Below, in pieces: positions 1 to 9,297 of a stretch of DNA of 61,491 nt. The position numbers and the translations under genes are program-made. Each line of letters starts with the position of its first letter. Within the stretch, counting starts at the first letter, position 1. The notes under the pieces are model-generated. The model was not told the DNA's origin and ran no database searches. It worked only from the letters and a program-made list of their open reading frames with translations. Origin of the DNA: Thermoplasmatota archaeon (lineage in GTDB: Archaea; Thermoplasmatota; Penumbrarchaeia; Penumbrarchaeales; Penumbrarchaeaceae); NCBI GenBank assembly GCA_029762535.1, contig JARVGK010000018.1, positions 1-61,491 on the forward strand, given 5' to 3'.

Positions 1-327
1 GAAGCACAGCAGAAGCCGGAACCGATCCCTGTTCCAGACGGAGCAAGTAGAGAGCCGACAAAGCCGACAACGTGGTTCGAGCCCACACCTGGAACCAGGA
101 CTGAGAAAGAACCCATACAAACTCCTCCAACGGAGATCGATGGGGAGAAAGAACTGATCCTCCGATTCGAGATCCCGAAGGGACAGGTATCGAGTCTTAT
201 GGGTATATTGAACCTACTTCAGAGCAAATTCGATAGGGTCAATATCGAGATCAAGGCAACAGATGGCTTCATATCGAGATCCGATCTCGAGGATAAGATC
301 AAGGAAGCCTTCAGACAAGCAGGAATT
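1..327 (+). repeat. Direct repeat, copy 1 (copy 2 at 8062-8388)
   Basis: Ungapped manual alignment to 8062-8388; about 23 mismatches in 327 nt, mostly synonymous. Confidence 0.95.
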
Positions 328-342
328 GAATTCGATGAATAA
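1..342 (+). CDS. C-terminal end (partial, runs off window) of a probable DUF499-family ATP-binding protein
   Basis: Frame 1 is open from base 1: EAQQKPEPIPVP...ELILRFEIPKGQVSSLMGILNLLQSKFDRVNIEIKATDGFISRSDLEDKIKEAFRQAGIEFDE*, TAA at 340-342. A Pro/Thr linker plus this terminal domain resembles DUF499 protein C-termini (from memory). Not in the ORF track. Confidence 0.6.
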   Translation, partial: EAQQKPEPIPVPDGASREPTKPTTWFEPTPGTRTEKEPIQTPPTEIDGEKELILRFEIPKGQVSSLMGILNLLQSKFDRVNIEIKATDGFISRSDLEDKIKEAFRQAGIEFDE

Positions 343-419
343 TTATACTATCATAGTGTCAAACTTGAGGTGCAAAATTCTGGAAATTAGAAAGTCACAT
401 GATAAATTAATTCCAATAA

Positions 420-2336
420 TTATGCTTGTATTGTTATACCTCTAAAGTAAAAGTCATCTAAATAACCTTCAAAGTTATCATTTATAACAGAGTTGCCATG
501 ACCGCCAAGTATGTAATATGGATTATTATTTAAGTTAGTTTCATCAATATGTATACCTGTCCTAGGTGGTGGTGTACTTCCCCACTCAGCATATTCATTG
601 ATCAAATAACCTATTGATCCCGTATCATCAAACAGTTCTAATTCTATAAAGATGTAACCATCTCCATCATAAAATATTTTCAAATGATAATTATACCATG
701 TATCAATGGTAAAAGGATATGCAAATGATAACGTGATATATACATCTTTGCCGAGATAAACGTCATTTGTTACGTCATATACATACCCTTTCATTCGAAA
801 ATTGAAATTCATAGAATTAGTTGTAGTATATAACCGATAATATGTTCTAGTATTATCTACACAAGAAAAAAGGTCATTTTGGGTTAATATTGCATCAAAA
901 TTAAACATACATGAAATATCTACTGAAGATTCACCTTGAAAATTGTTAGGTTTTGATATAGTTGGGCATTCAAAGTGGGAAAGTGGTGACTGATATGGAC
1001 CATCATATTTTGGAATTCTAATATAAATACCTTCACCAATAAGTCTGGCACAAAAATCCCCATCACACCCATTTATATAACCAATACCAACAGGGTATGA
1101 AGGATTTGTCCTTGTCCATACAGGTTGAAAGTTTGGTGGTGGTTCGATATAAGCGGTAATAGAATGTCTATTAGAGCAATCATATATATAAGTTGTATCT
1201 GTTGGATAAATAGGATAACTACAATATTTTGGTATAAAACCTAAAATGGACATTAAATTATAGTAATCAGGAAGATAATTTTCAAAGTTATAAGCTAATA
1301 AAGAATTTTCAATAGAATATGTTGTTTCATGTATCGTCTCTCTACTTCGTGTTTTACATATTAGTATTTGATCCAAATACCCTTTAAAGGGATCCGTGAT
1401 AAAAAGCCGACTGCTTTTTCCAATATATAAAGGAGAGGACGACGGGAAGGGGGTATTTTCATGTGCTTGGTCATTTGGCTGATTTAATATTTCTTTCATT
1501 CGAACGATGTTTAATGGAGGGCCAGTAAAATATTCTTCGTATAGTTTCAATCCATACCAATAATATGCATCAAAAAAATAATAGTAAGCTTCAAAATATA
1601 GAGGTCTGTCATAAAAATCTGTTACATATGTAGGATCGAAAACAACTGAAATTGACGGTTGGGATAAAAAGTCGTCATTAATATAAACATTAAATACAAA
1701 AGCACCAGGATCATAATCGCTTTCTTTACTGTTAATTTTTATTTCATAACCGTTTAATTGATTATATATGCCAGAGTTGCCAACCTTTGACATTATATAA
1801 TAATCGGGATATAATGTTACTTCCTTTACACTATCCCAATAACCTTGAAGTTCCGCGTGTACCCATCCTGTGATTCTAATAGAGTGCATGTTATAAAGAC
1901 TTAATGCATATTCACTACCACTATTATCATCGAAATAGATATATTGAGTGTTTTCATATTTAGGCGGTGAAGCTGAATTATTGAAAAAAACCGATTGAGC
2001 ATTTAATCGTAATACTTTACCATCACATTTTTTTAATGAGGTTTGATCAAAGTCTGCTATCCAACTTGATGGATCGCTTTTACCATAAATATGTTTATAT
2101 GGGGACCAATCCGCGACTGCCACTCCAGGGTAAATTATTGAACCTCCTCCTTCATATAAAACATTATTATTAAACCAAAAAATAATATCAGAACTATTTG
2201 GACCATAATGGTACTGGGACGCATTAATACCCGGTATTATTGATAAAAGGAATGTTAATAATATCCCAGCAGCAAAAAATTTCCTGTGCATATTACCCCT
2301 GCGCCACACTTTATCACCTGCATACCTGTATGTCAA
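420..2336 (-). CDS. Secreted protein with two LamG/concanavalin-A-like jelly-roll domains
   Basis: Signal-peptide-like start (MHRKFFAAGILLTFLLSIIPGINA); two LamG-type ends PLYIGKS..PFKGYLDQILI and YYILGG..NFEGYLDDFYF; markedly AT-rich DNA. Confidence 0.6.
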   Translation of the reverse strand: MTYRYAGDKVWRRGNMHRKFFAAGILLTFLLSIIPGINASQYHYGPNSSDIIFWFNNNVLYEGGGSIIYPGVAVADWSPYKHIYGKSDPSSWIADFDQTSLKKCDGKVLRLNAQSVFFNNSASPPKYENTQYIYFDDNSGSEYALSLYNMHSIRITGWVHAELQGYWDSVKEVTLYPDYYIMSKVGNSGIYNQLNGYEIKINSKESDYDPGAFVFNVYINDDFLSQPSISVVFDPTYVTDFYDRPLYFEAYYYFFDAYYWYGLKLYEEYFTGPPLNIVRMKEILNQPNDQAHENTPFPSSSPLYIGKSSRLFITDPFKGYLDQILICKTRSRETIHETTYSIENSLLAYNFENYLPDYYNLMSILGFIPKYCSYPIYPTDTTYIYDCSNRHSITAYIEPPPNFQPVWTRTNPSYPVGIGYINGCDGDFCARLIGEGIYIRIPKYDGPYQSPLSHFECPTISKPNNFQGESSVDISCMFNFDAILTQNDLFSCVDNTRTYYRLYTTTNSMNFNFRMKGYVYDVTNDVYLGKDVYITLSFAYPFTIDTWYNYHLKIFYDGDGYIFIELELFDDTGSIGYLINEYAEWGSTPPPRTGIHIDETNLNNNPYYILGGHGNSVINDNFEGYLDDFYFRGITIQA

Positions 2337-2363
2337 TTAACTATTAATAACTTTGGAATGAAA

Positions 2364-2640
2364 GGCTCTGTAGAACCCTCTCTTTCATGTACCGAAAGTT
2401 ATACAGTATCGCCCCCATATTAGTTTTGAGTCGGGGAACACTAAACCATTATAGAGGTCTGGCGTTATGGTTATGACAACTTCCCTTGATTTGACTGGCC
2501 ATTCGAACACCAATGCTTCTTACTAGCCCACTATAGGAAAGCTTAGAAAACGTCGAATGATCAAGAAGTACCTGCAGGTGACCATCCTATAGGATACAAA
2601 CAGCCAGAAGATCCTGACAGCGTAGGTTCGAGTCCTTTGC
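2364..2640 (+). mobile_element. Degraded IS5-family element remnant (left end and transposase fragment)
   Basis: GGCTCTGTAGAA at 2364 resembles IS5/IS903-type termini. One frame from 2467 reads TSLDLTGHSNTNASY*PTIGKLRKRRMIKKYLQVTIL*DTNSQKILTA*VRV, matching the DxTG...K(L/V)xIxxDTxSQxIL pattern of IS5 DDE transposases, with three stops. No right end found. Confidence 0.5.
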
Positions 2641-2873
2641 CAATTGAGAGAACAGAGTTTCTCTCTAAAGGTGAATGATCTTGAAGAGTTCAAGGCAAAG
2701 CTCAAGGGGTTCAGGCCCTATGTTGAAAGAAAAGGGTATTATCAAGGATTGCTTGATGTAAACTACACGGAACTGTCGCACATCTCTTGTGATAACACAA
2801 TGTGTTAATTAAAGCCATAAAAGACATATATCACAATCTATAATAATGGATGTTGATTATGAGATGACCATGG

Positions 2874-5800
2874 GTGAAGAAAATGATTTATGAAAAATTC
2901 CAGGTTTCATTCGCCTTTATCATACTGGTCCTATCCTCCTTTTTATTTGATAGCACTCCTCAAGTGGATGGAGAAGAGTTCATCATCTCATACGATTCCC
3001 TGGATGAGCATGCTAGCACCTCTCTGGCGGCGAAGATCTCAGGAAGCGTATTCACCCGGAATAATGGTCAGATCAAAGACGAGGGGATCCTCTTCTACGG
3101 CAGCGGCCCGGATGGGAGGATTGCCTTCTCCAAGGACGGGATCTATTTCACTAGCGTAAAGCGAGGTCCGGAGGTCGAAGAACCTCCCTACCTCGATCCT
3201 GGACAGATCATTCGAGGGGATCGGATCCCGTCAACGGATGGGGCAATGGTCAGCATCAATACCATCAAACTATCGTTTCCCGGAAGGAACGATGTGATCC
3301 CAACGGGCAGGGATCCAGCCCCCTGGTTCTCGAATTTCTTCTACGGGAACGACCCTGAGAAGTGGAGGACACAGGTCCCGAACTATCGCGAGATCGTTTA
3401 CAAGGACCTCTGGGACGGGATAGACCTTGTGTACAGGACCGATAGCGGATCGGTCAAATACGACATCATCATCCATCCACGATCGGATCCCACCCGGATC
3501 GGATTCCGATTGGAGGGTCACAATGGCCTTGAAGTGAACGAGAGAGGGGATCTTGTCATAGCTACGGATCATAGGGATCTCCTTGATACCGGTCTCGTAG
3601 CCTTTTACGAGGATGGTCCGGACGAGAGTATCCCCTGCGATTTCATGATAACCGGCCATGACACCTACGGTTTCGAGATCGGGTCCTATGACCTATCCAG
3701 GGTATTGATCGTGGATCCCCTTATCTATTCCACGTTCATCGGAGTATTCGATTCTTGTGCATTGGGGATCGCCCTGGATTCAAATGAGAATGCCTACATA
3801 ACGGGTTATACAGAAAGACCCGATTTTCCAACGACCATAGGAGCATTTGATGTTGAATATAATGGTGTTCGGGATGTTTTTGTGACCAAGCTCGATAATA
3901 CTGGATCCTCCCTTTTATATTCCACCTTCATAGGTGGAACTATGTTGGAGTATGCGTATGAGATAACTCTTGATTCGAATGGGAATACATTCATCACCGG
4001 AGTTACCAACTCAACCGATTATCCCACTACCGTTGGGGCATATGATAGGACTCACAACGGTGATTACGATGTTTTTGTAACCAAACTCGATAATACAGGA
4101 TCCTCCCTTTTATATTCCGCCTTCATCGGGGGAAGTGGTCGAGAGTTTGGTCATGCCATGGCCCTTGATTCGAATGGGAACACATTCATCACCGGAGTTA
4201 CCTTTTCAACCGATTACCCCACTACCGTTGGAGCATATGATAGGACTCACAATGGTAAAGGTGATGTTTTTATAACAAAGCTCGATACCACAGGTTCCTC
4301 TCTTGTTTATTCCACTTTCATCGGGGGTAGTGATGATGAAAGTGGAAATGGGATCGCATTGGATACAATTGGGAACGCCTATATAATTGGAAGTACTGGT
4401 TCACAAGACTATCCGACCAGTATCGTAGCTTATGATAAGACCCACAACGGTAAACGTGATGTTTTTGTAACCAAACTCGATAATACAGGTTCCTCCCTTT
4501 TATATTCCACCTTCATAGGGGGAAGTGATGATGAGGGAGGGGCAGGGATCGTTGTAGATTCAAACGGAAACGCATATATCATCGGGGGTACGGACTCTAC
4601 CAACTATCCGACCAGTAGTGGAGCGTATGATAAAACCCATAATGGTTTTGGTGATGCGTTTGTTTCGAAATTGAATTCAGCAGGATCTTCCCTTCTATAT
4701 TCCACGTTCATCGGCGGAGGTTATAATGATTGGGGATCGGATATCGTTATTGACCCGGATGGAAATGCCTTAATCACGGGGGGGACATGGTCGCCTAACT
4801 TTCCGACAACAGAGAGTGCATTCGATAACACATACAATAGCCTGGAATATGGGTATGATATATTTGTGACCAGGTTGAATTCTACAGGTTCCTCCCTTGA
4901 TTATTCCACCTTCATCGGCGGAAGTTATTATGATACGGTATTCGAAGCCGCTCTGAACAAGAACATGACCGTATATATCACAGGAGATACAAGTTCACAT
5001 GACTATCCTACCACCAGTGGCGCTTACGATGTTACACATGACGGTGGTTATGATGTCTTTGTTACTGCTCTCGATCTCACCAGATCACCGGAAGCGCCTC
5101 TGGGTATTAGGGCAGCAGCAGGTGATGCTTTTATCGATCTGGCATGGGATCCACCCCTTGACGATGGAGGGGCGAGGATCGTGGATTACGAGGTGCATCG
5201 CGGGTCCAAGAGCGGATCTCTATCAAAGATAGCCTCCACAGGCGGGAACACCACCTACAACGACACAGATGTCGTCAATGGTAACAGATACTACTACGCC
5301 GTCCTCGCCGTGAACAGGATGGGGGCGGGCAAGCCGTCGGGCGAGGTATCGTCGATCCCGGGCAAGGCCCCTGACCCTCCAGGGAGCTTTGTGGCTATAT
5401 ATGGAAACGGCATGGTAAATCTGACATGGAATTCACCTTCTAGCAATGGTGGTTACGTGTTACAGGGGTATAGGATATACAAGTTCACCGGCGAGATCCA
5501 GGAACGTGAGATGTTCCAAACCGGCCCAAACATGCTGTCGTTCAGCGATGAGAATGTTGTCAACGGGATCAACTACCGTTATTATATCACCGCATTCAAC
5601 GCCATGGGAGAGTCGATTCCTTCGATTGAGGTCAACGCCACTCCCAGGACCAGTCCTCTACCCGTGCAGAACGTTCAGGTCCGATCCGGACCCCAACACG
5701 TTCTCCTCAGCTGGGATCTCCCCGGATCGGACGGGGGAAGGCCGATAATCAATTTCAACGTGTTCAGAGCGGTGCATTCCGGGAATTTTGTGAGACTGGT

Positions 5801-7280
5801 TACCCTTGCCTCCTCAGTTATGTCATACAATGATACCGAAGTGGAGAACGGGGTCCTATATCGGTACAGGGTGTATGCCGTCAATTCTGAAGGTTCCAGC
5901 AACCCTTCGGAGGAGATCTCGGCAATGCCTCTGGACCGTCCATCACCGCCCAGGAATCTGGTCTCGGAATCCGAATCGAATACGGTTTTGCTGAGCTGGA
6001 ACGTTCCGTTGAGGACGGGCGGCAGTCAAATACTCGGCTATCGAATCTACCGAAAAGAATCGAATTTGATCTGGGAGATGATATCGGAGCCGAAGGCCGC
6101 GGACGACTCTTACACGGATAGGACTGTCTTAAACGGGAGATCATACCTATACAGGATAACGGCGTTCAATATCGTCGGTGAATCCGATCCCACCGGATCG
6201 GTTGAGGCCGCTCCGATAGGGCCGCCCGGGATCCCTATGAGATTCGATCTCGTTACCGGGGATCATTTTGTCCATTTGATCTGGGACATACCTCTTAACG
6301 ATGGAGGAGCTCCTATCATAGGATTCAAGGTATACAGGGGCGAAACCAATGGTCTGATAAACTTATACAGGAGCGTCACATCTTCAGATCTATCCTACAA
6401 CGACACTAATGTCGTGAACGGGATTACTTATCATTACAGGGTCACAGCTGTAAATAATATTGGCGAGGGGGCAGCCACAGAGACCAAGAACACAAAGCCC
6501 GCAGGGATCCCGTCCCCTCCGTCTAATATCAATGTCGTATCCGGGGACGGATTTATTGACATATCCTGGGCAGAACCGGAAGATGACGGAGGGGATCCCG
6601 TCACAGATGTGAAGATCTACCGGGGGGAGGATCCGAACTCTAGCGTTGTGATATTAACAACGTCGATACTTGGAGGGTCATTCAGAGATACGACGGTGAC
6701 GAACGGGGTCACATACCACTATACCCTGACCTCTACCAATTCCATAGGAGAAAGCGTGCATTCTCCACCGATCTTCGCAACTCCTTCGGGAAAGCCCTCC
6801 GTTCCCCTGAACGTTGAGATCGAGGCCGCTTCCAAAGCGATCTCCCTTTCCTGGGGTCCTCCGGAGGATACCGGAGGGATCACTCTTACGGGGTACAGGA
6901 TATACCGTTCTTCAGGGACAGGGAATCCGGTCCTGATCGCAGAGTTGGGTCCGGAATCGAACGAATACATGGATCGTGACGTTGAAAGAGAAAATCTCTA
7001 TAGATACCAGGTATCCGCTGTTAATGATAACGGAGAGGGCCCATTATCCAATCCCGTGGAGGGTAAGGTGAAGGAGGGATCCGGGATCGTTCTGGTCATT
7101 GCGATCTCCATCATCATTATTCTCATTCTCCTTCTGGGGATCGCTGCCGCGGTTATGATGATGAGGAGAAGGGGATCCCCCCAACAAACCCCGGATTCTC
7201 CCAGCCCCCCGATCCCCTCCACGATCCGGGAACCTACTCATGGCGAGGGGGAGATCCCCCCGTCCCAGGGGGGTCATTGA
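2874..7280 (+). CDS. Surface protein: signal peptide, N-terminal domain, SBBP beta-propeller repeats, about seven fibronectin type III domains, C-terminal TM anchor
   Basis: DPLIYSTFIG followed by 63-aa repeats (GNAYITGxTxSxDYPTTxGAYDxTHNGxxDVFVTKL); FN3 repeats (LxWxxPxxDGG...Y.Y.V.A.N..GE); hydrophobic helix plus RRR near the C-terminus. Confidence 0.9.
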   Translation: MKKMIYEKFQVSFAFIILVLSSFLFDSTPQVDGEEFIISYDSLDEHASTSLAAKISGSVFTRNNGQIKDEGILFYGSGPDGRIAFSKDGIYFTSVKRGPEVEEPPYLDPGQIIRGDRIPSTDGAMVSINTIKLSFPGRNDVIPTGRDPAPWFSNFFYGNDPEKWRTQVPNYREIVYKDLWDGIDLVYRTDSGSVKYDIIIHPRSDPTRIGFRLEGHNGLEVNERGDLVIATDHRDLLDTGLVAFYEDGPDESIPCDFMITGHDTYGFEIGSYDLSRVLIVDPLIYSTFIGVFDSCALGIALDSNENAYITGYTERPDFPTTIGAFDVEYNGVRDVFVTKLDNTGSSLLYSTFIGGTMLEYAYEITLDSNGNTFITGVTNSTDYPTTVGAYDRTHNGDYDVFVTKLDNTGSSLLYSAFIGGSGREFGHAMALDSNGNTFITGVTFSTDYPTTVGAYDRTHNGKGDVFITKLDTTGSSLVYSTFIGGSDDESGNGIALDTIGNAYIIGSTGSQDYPTSIVAYDKTHNGKRDVFVTKLDNTGSSLLYSTFIGGSDDEGGAGIVVDSNGNAYIIGGTDSTNYPTSSGAYDKTHNGFGDAFVSKLNSAGSSLLYSTFIGGGYNDWGSDIVIDPDGNALITGGTWSPNFPTTESAFDNTYNSLEYGYDIFVTRLNSTGSSLDYSTFIGGSYYDTVFEAALNKNMTVYITGDTSSHDYPTTSGAYDVTHDGGYDVFVTALDLTRSPEAPLGIRAAAGDAFIDLAWDPPLDDGGARIVDYEVHRGSKSGSLSKIASTGGNTTYNDTDVVNGNRYYYAVLAVNRMGAGKPSGEVSSIPGKAPDPPGSFVAIYGNGMVNLTWNSPSSNGGYVLQGYRIYKFTGEIQEREMFQTGPNMLSFSDENVVNGINYRYYITAFNAMGESIPSIEVNATPRTSPLPVQNVQVRSGPQHVLLSWDLPGSDGGRPIINFNVFRAVHSGNFVRLVTLASSVMSYNDTEVENGVLYRYRVYAVNSEGSSNPSEEISAMPLDRPSPPRNLVSESESNTVLLSWNVPLRTGGSQILGYRIYRKESNLIWEMISEPKAADDSYTDRTVLNGRSYLYRITAFNIVGESDPTGSVEAAPIGPPGIPMRFDLVTGDHFVHLIWDIPLNDGGAPIIGFKVYRGETNGLINLYRSVTSSDLSYNDTNVVNGITYHYRVTAVNNIGEGAATETKNTKPAGIPSPPSNINVVSGDGFIDISWAEPEDDGGDPVTDVKIYRGEDPNSSVVILTTSILGGSFRDTTVTNGVTYHYTLTSTNSIGESVHSPPIFATPSGKPSVPLNVEIEAASKAISLSWGPPEDTGGITLTGYRIYRSSGTGNPVLIAELGPESNEYMDRDVERENLYRYQVSAVNDNGEGPLSNPVEGKVKEGSGIVLVIAISIIIILILLLGIAAAVMMMRRRGSPQQTPDSPSPPIPSTIREPTHGEGEIPPSQGGH
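3720..5075 (+). repeat. Tandem ~189-bp SBBP repeat units (seven blades)
   Basis: Near-identical DNA segments recur, e.g. gatgtttttgt.accaa.ctcgataatac.gg.tcctcccttttatattcc near 3872, 4068 and 4458. Confidence 0.85.
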
Positions 7281-7388
7281 AGTTACGTAGAGTATTCACT
7301 GGAGGGATCGATCCTTGTCCTTCTCATAGCAGGGATCCTCCTTATAGTGTGGAGGATGAAAGAAAAAGATCCCGATGACGGTGAATAA
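7281..7388 (+). pseudogene. Orphan C-terminal membrane-anchor fragment of a surface-protein gene
   Basis: Reads SYVEYSLEGSILVLLIAGILLIVWRMKEKDPDDGE* with no start codon; 7302-7356 matches the reverse complement of 61420-61474 at 50/55. Confidence 0.7.
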
Positions 7389-7471
7389 ATTCATGAGCTT
7401 CGATTAACCATTGGATATAGACAGGATTATATCGCAATGAAAGGCATTATGTCCCGGACAGGAGGGTAACG

Positions 7472-7756
7472 ATGAGAACCCTTCCGCTATCCTTGCTCAT
7501 GGCACTCATGCTGATCCCGATAGGATCCCACATTCTGAACCATGACGGAATCATGGAGCCATCAAGGGGATCGGTCCTCTACGTAGGTGAGGGATACACT
7601 TTCTCGGATATCCAGTCCGCAATCGACTCAAGCTCCGAAGGGGATCTGATCATGGTCGGTGAGGGCTCTAGGGGGATCTCGATATCTGCCTCAACCGCCG
7701 ATGATATACGTTCGAATCAGATCCATGCGGGACCTGAACGACAGGTATCGACATAG
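7472..7756 (+). pseudogene. Truncated N-terminus of a secreted right-handed beta-helix (NosD/pectin-lyase-like) protein
   Basis: GGAGG RBS, signal peptide, then VLYVGEGYTFSDIQSAIDSSSEGDLIMVGEG (typical beta-helix cap), then an early stop. Confidence 0.6.
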
Positions 7757-7764
7757 CAAAGAGC

Positions 7765-8397
7765 GTGTCGATAAGAACGGATATGAACAACCTCTTCGCA
7801 TCTGGTCTGGAGTCGGTCGCGCTCGATACGATTAATTCCGAACGGATTATCCTTTACGGGAATGATGTCAGAACCGAAGTGGGCGGAATGTGTATATCTT
7901 CCGGGAATTCAACACTCGAGATCGGTATCAAGGAAGGGGTAAGGTCGAAGATGTTCGGACTTGGTGAGATAGTAGAGGGAATTCCTCATTGCATATACTA
8001 TGGTAATGATTGTACCCTATCTTTCCTTGACAAGGAAATGATAATAAGAAAGGATATCTGCGAAGCACAACAGAAGCCGGAACCGATCCCTGTTCCAGAC
8101 GGAGCAAGTAGAGAGCCGACAAAGCCGACAACATGGTTCGAGCCAACACCTGGAACCAAGACGGAGAAAGAACCCACACAAACTCCTCCAACAGAGATCG
8201 ATGGGGAGAATGAACTGACCCTTCGATTCGAGATCCCGAAGGGACAGGTATCGAGCTTGATGGGGATACTGAACCTCCTCCAGAGCAAATTCGATAGGGT
8301 CAATATCGAGATCAAGGCAACGGATGGCTTCATATCGAGATCCGATCTCGAGGATAAGATCAAGGAGGCATTCAGACAGGCAGGGATCAAAATATAA
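7765..8397 (+). pseudogene. Chimeric fragment: beta-helix-like residues joined to a DUF499-like C-terminal fragment
   Basis: The last ~110 aa duplicate the gene end at 1-342. EIGIKEGVRSKMFGLGEI... resembles the preceding DUF499 segment. No ATPase domain. Confidence 0.55.
8062..8388 (+). repeat. Direct repeat, copy 2 (copy 1 at 1-327)
   Basis: Ungapped alignment to 1-327. Confidence 0.95.
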
Positions 8398-8587
8398 ATG
8401 TCTTTTAAACAACACATTCACCTTTTTAACCATTTTACTGAGATAACACAGATAATCCATTAACTTGATATAAATAATATGAATTATAATTACAGCATTA
8501 CAGTAATTATGAAAAAACGTTGATGGTCAATACATCCCAAGACCTACGGGTTCGGATCCCTTCGGTCCTATCTTTATCGAAAAAGTG

Positions 8588-8665
8588 TGGCGGGCACGAA
8601 GGGATTCGAACCCTTGACATACGGCTTAGGAGGCCGTCGCCTTGTCCTAGCTAGACTACGTGCCC
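8588..8665 (-). tRNA. tRNA-Arg (anticodon CCT), CCA encoded, no intron
   Basis: Reverse complement GGGCACG-TAGTCTAGCTAGGACAAGGCG-ACGGC-CTCCTAA-GCCGT-ATGTC-AAGGG-TTCGAAT-CCCTT-CGTGCCC-G-CCA folds as a cloverleaf. Confidence 0.97.
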
Positions 8666-8743
8666 GATGGATCACATCCGGACATCAGGGGGAAAAAGTC
8701 CCTCCTAATCAAGCTTTTCCTTCGGATCCGGAAAGGGATCCCC

Positions 8744-8956
8744 CTACCATCCAAGGCGTTCCAGGTCCCGATCCTTCTTCGTCGCCTTCTTGAACTCCCT
8801 GTAATGTTCCTTGCACAGCCCGACGTTCGAGGTCTCCTTCTCTATCTTCAGGCCCGATCCCGCCACCTTCTTCGCGGATAGGGACCTCGCCGCCTCCGCC
8901 TTGCATCCCGACACCCCGCATAGCTTGACCTCGGGCTCTTTCCTTCTTTCGGCCAG
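8744..8956 (-). CDS. Small basic zinc-binding protein, 70 aa, probable CTG start (not in ORF track)
   Basis: MAERRKEPEVKLCGVSGCKAEAARSLSAKKVAGSGLKIEKETSNVGLCKEHYREFKKATKKDRDLERLGW*; Cx4C...CxxH; GGGGGT RBS-like stretch upstream; co-oriented behind the PRC-barrel gene. Confidence 0.8.
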   Translation of the reverse strand: MAERRKEPEVKLCGVSGCKAEAARSLSAKKVAGSGLKIEKETSNVGLCKEHYREFKKATKKDRDLERLGW

Positions 8957-8968
8957 GATCCAGACCCC

Positions 8969-9250
8969 CTATCCTCGATATTCATCGATCCCGTACTCGG
9001 CAGGGGCCGGGATCGGGATGTCCTGCGGGAAGTGCCTCAGTATGATTATGTCGCCCACGGCCTGTATCCACCTGAATGGAACGAGCAGGCTGGCCCCCAT
9101 CTCCACCAGGTTCGGGTTCGTCTCCTCCAGGAGCAGGCTCGATATCTCAGCCTCCTCGGGGTCCAGTTCAACGCTCGAGATATTGCCTACCTTGACCCCC
9201 CAGGGGGTGAACACCTCGAGTCCTTCAATGTTCGTGATCTCCTCTAACAT
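8969..9250 (-). CDS. PRC-barrel domain protein
   Basis: GLEVFTPWGVKVGNISSVELD...LVPFRWIQAVGDIIIL; GGAGG RBS. Confidence 0.9.
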   Translation of the reverse strand: MLEEITNIEGLEVFTPWGVKVGNISSVELDPEEAEISSLLLEETNPNLVEMGASLLVPFRWIQAVGDIIILRHFPQDIPIPAPAEYGIDEYRG

Positions 9251-9297
9251 CTGCCATCCTCCATGTACACCGTCATTACCACATCATCGAACTTCTA

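Noticed and set aside
7278-7280. Selenocysteine or readthrough at the SBBP/FN3 TGA
   Set aside because: The protein already has an anchor, there is no redox context or recognisable SECIS, and in-frame placement has a one-in-three chance.
8062-8388. DGR pair with 1-327
   Set aside because: Mismatches are mostly synonymous and not confined to adenines.
8709-8921. 70-aa Gly-rich ORF from the track
   Set aside because: Wrong frame; the zinc-protein frame 8744-8956 is more credible.
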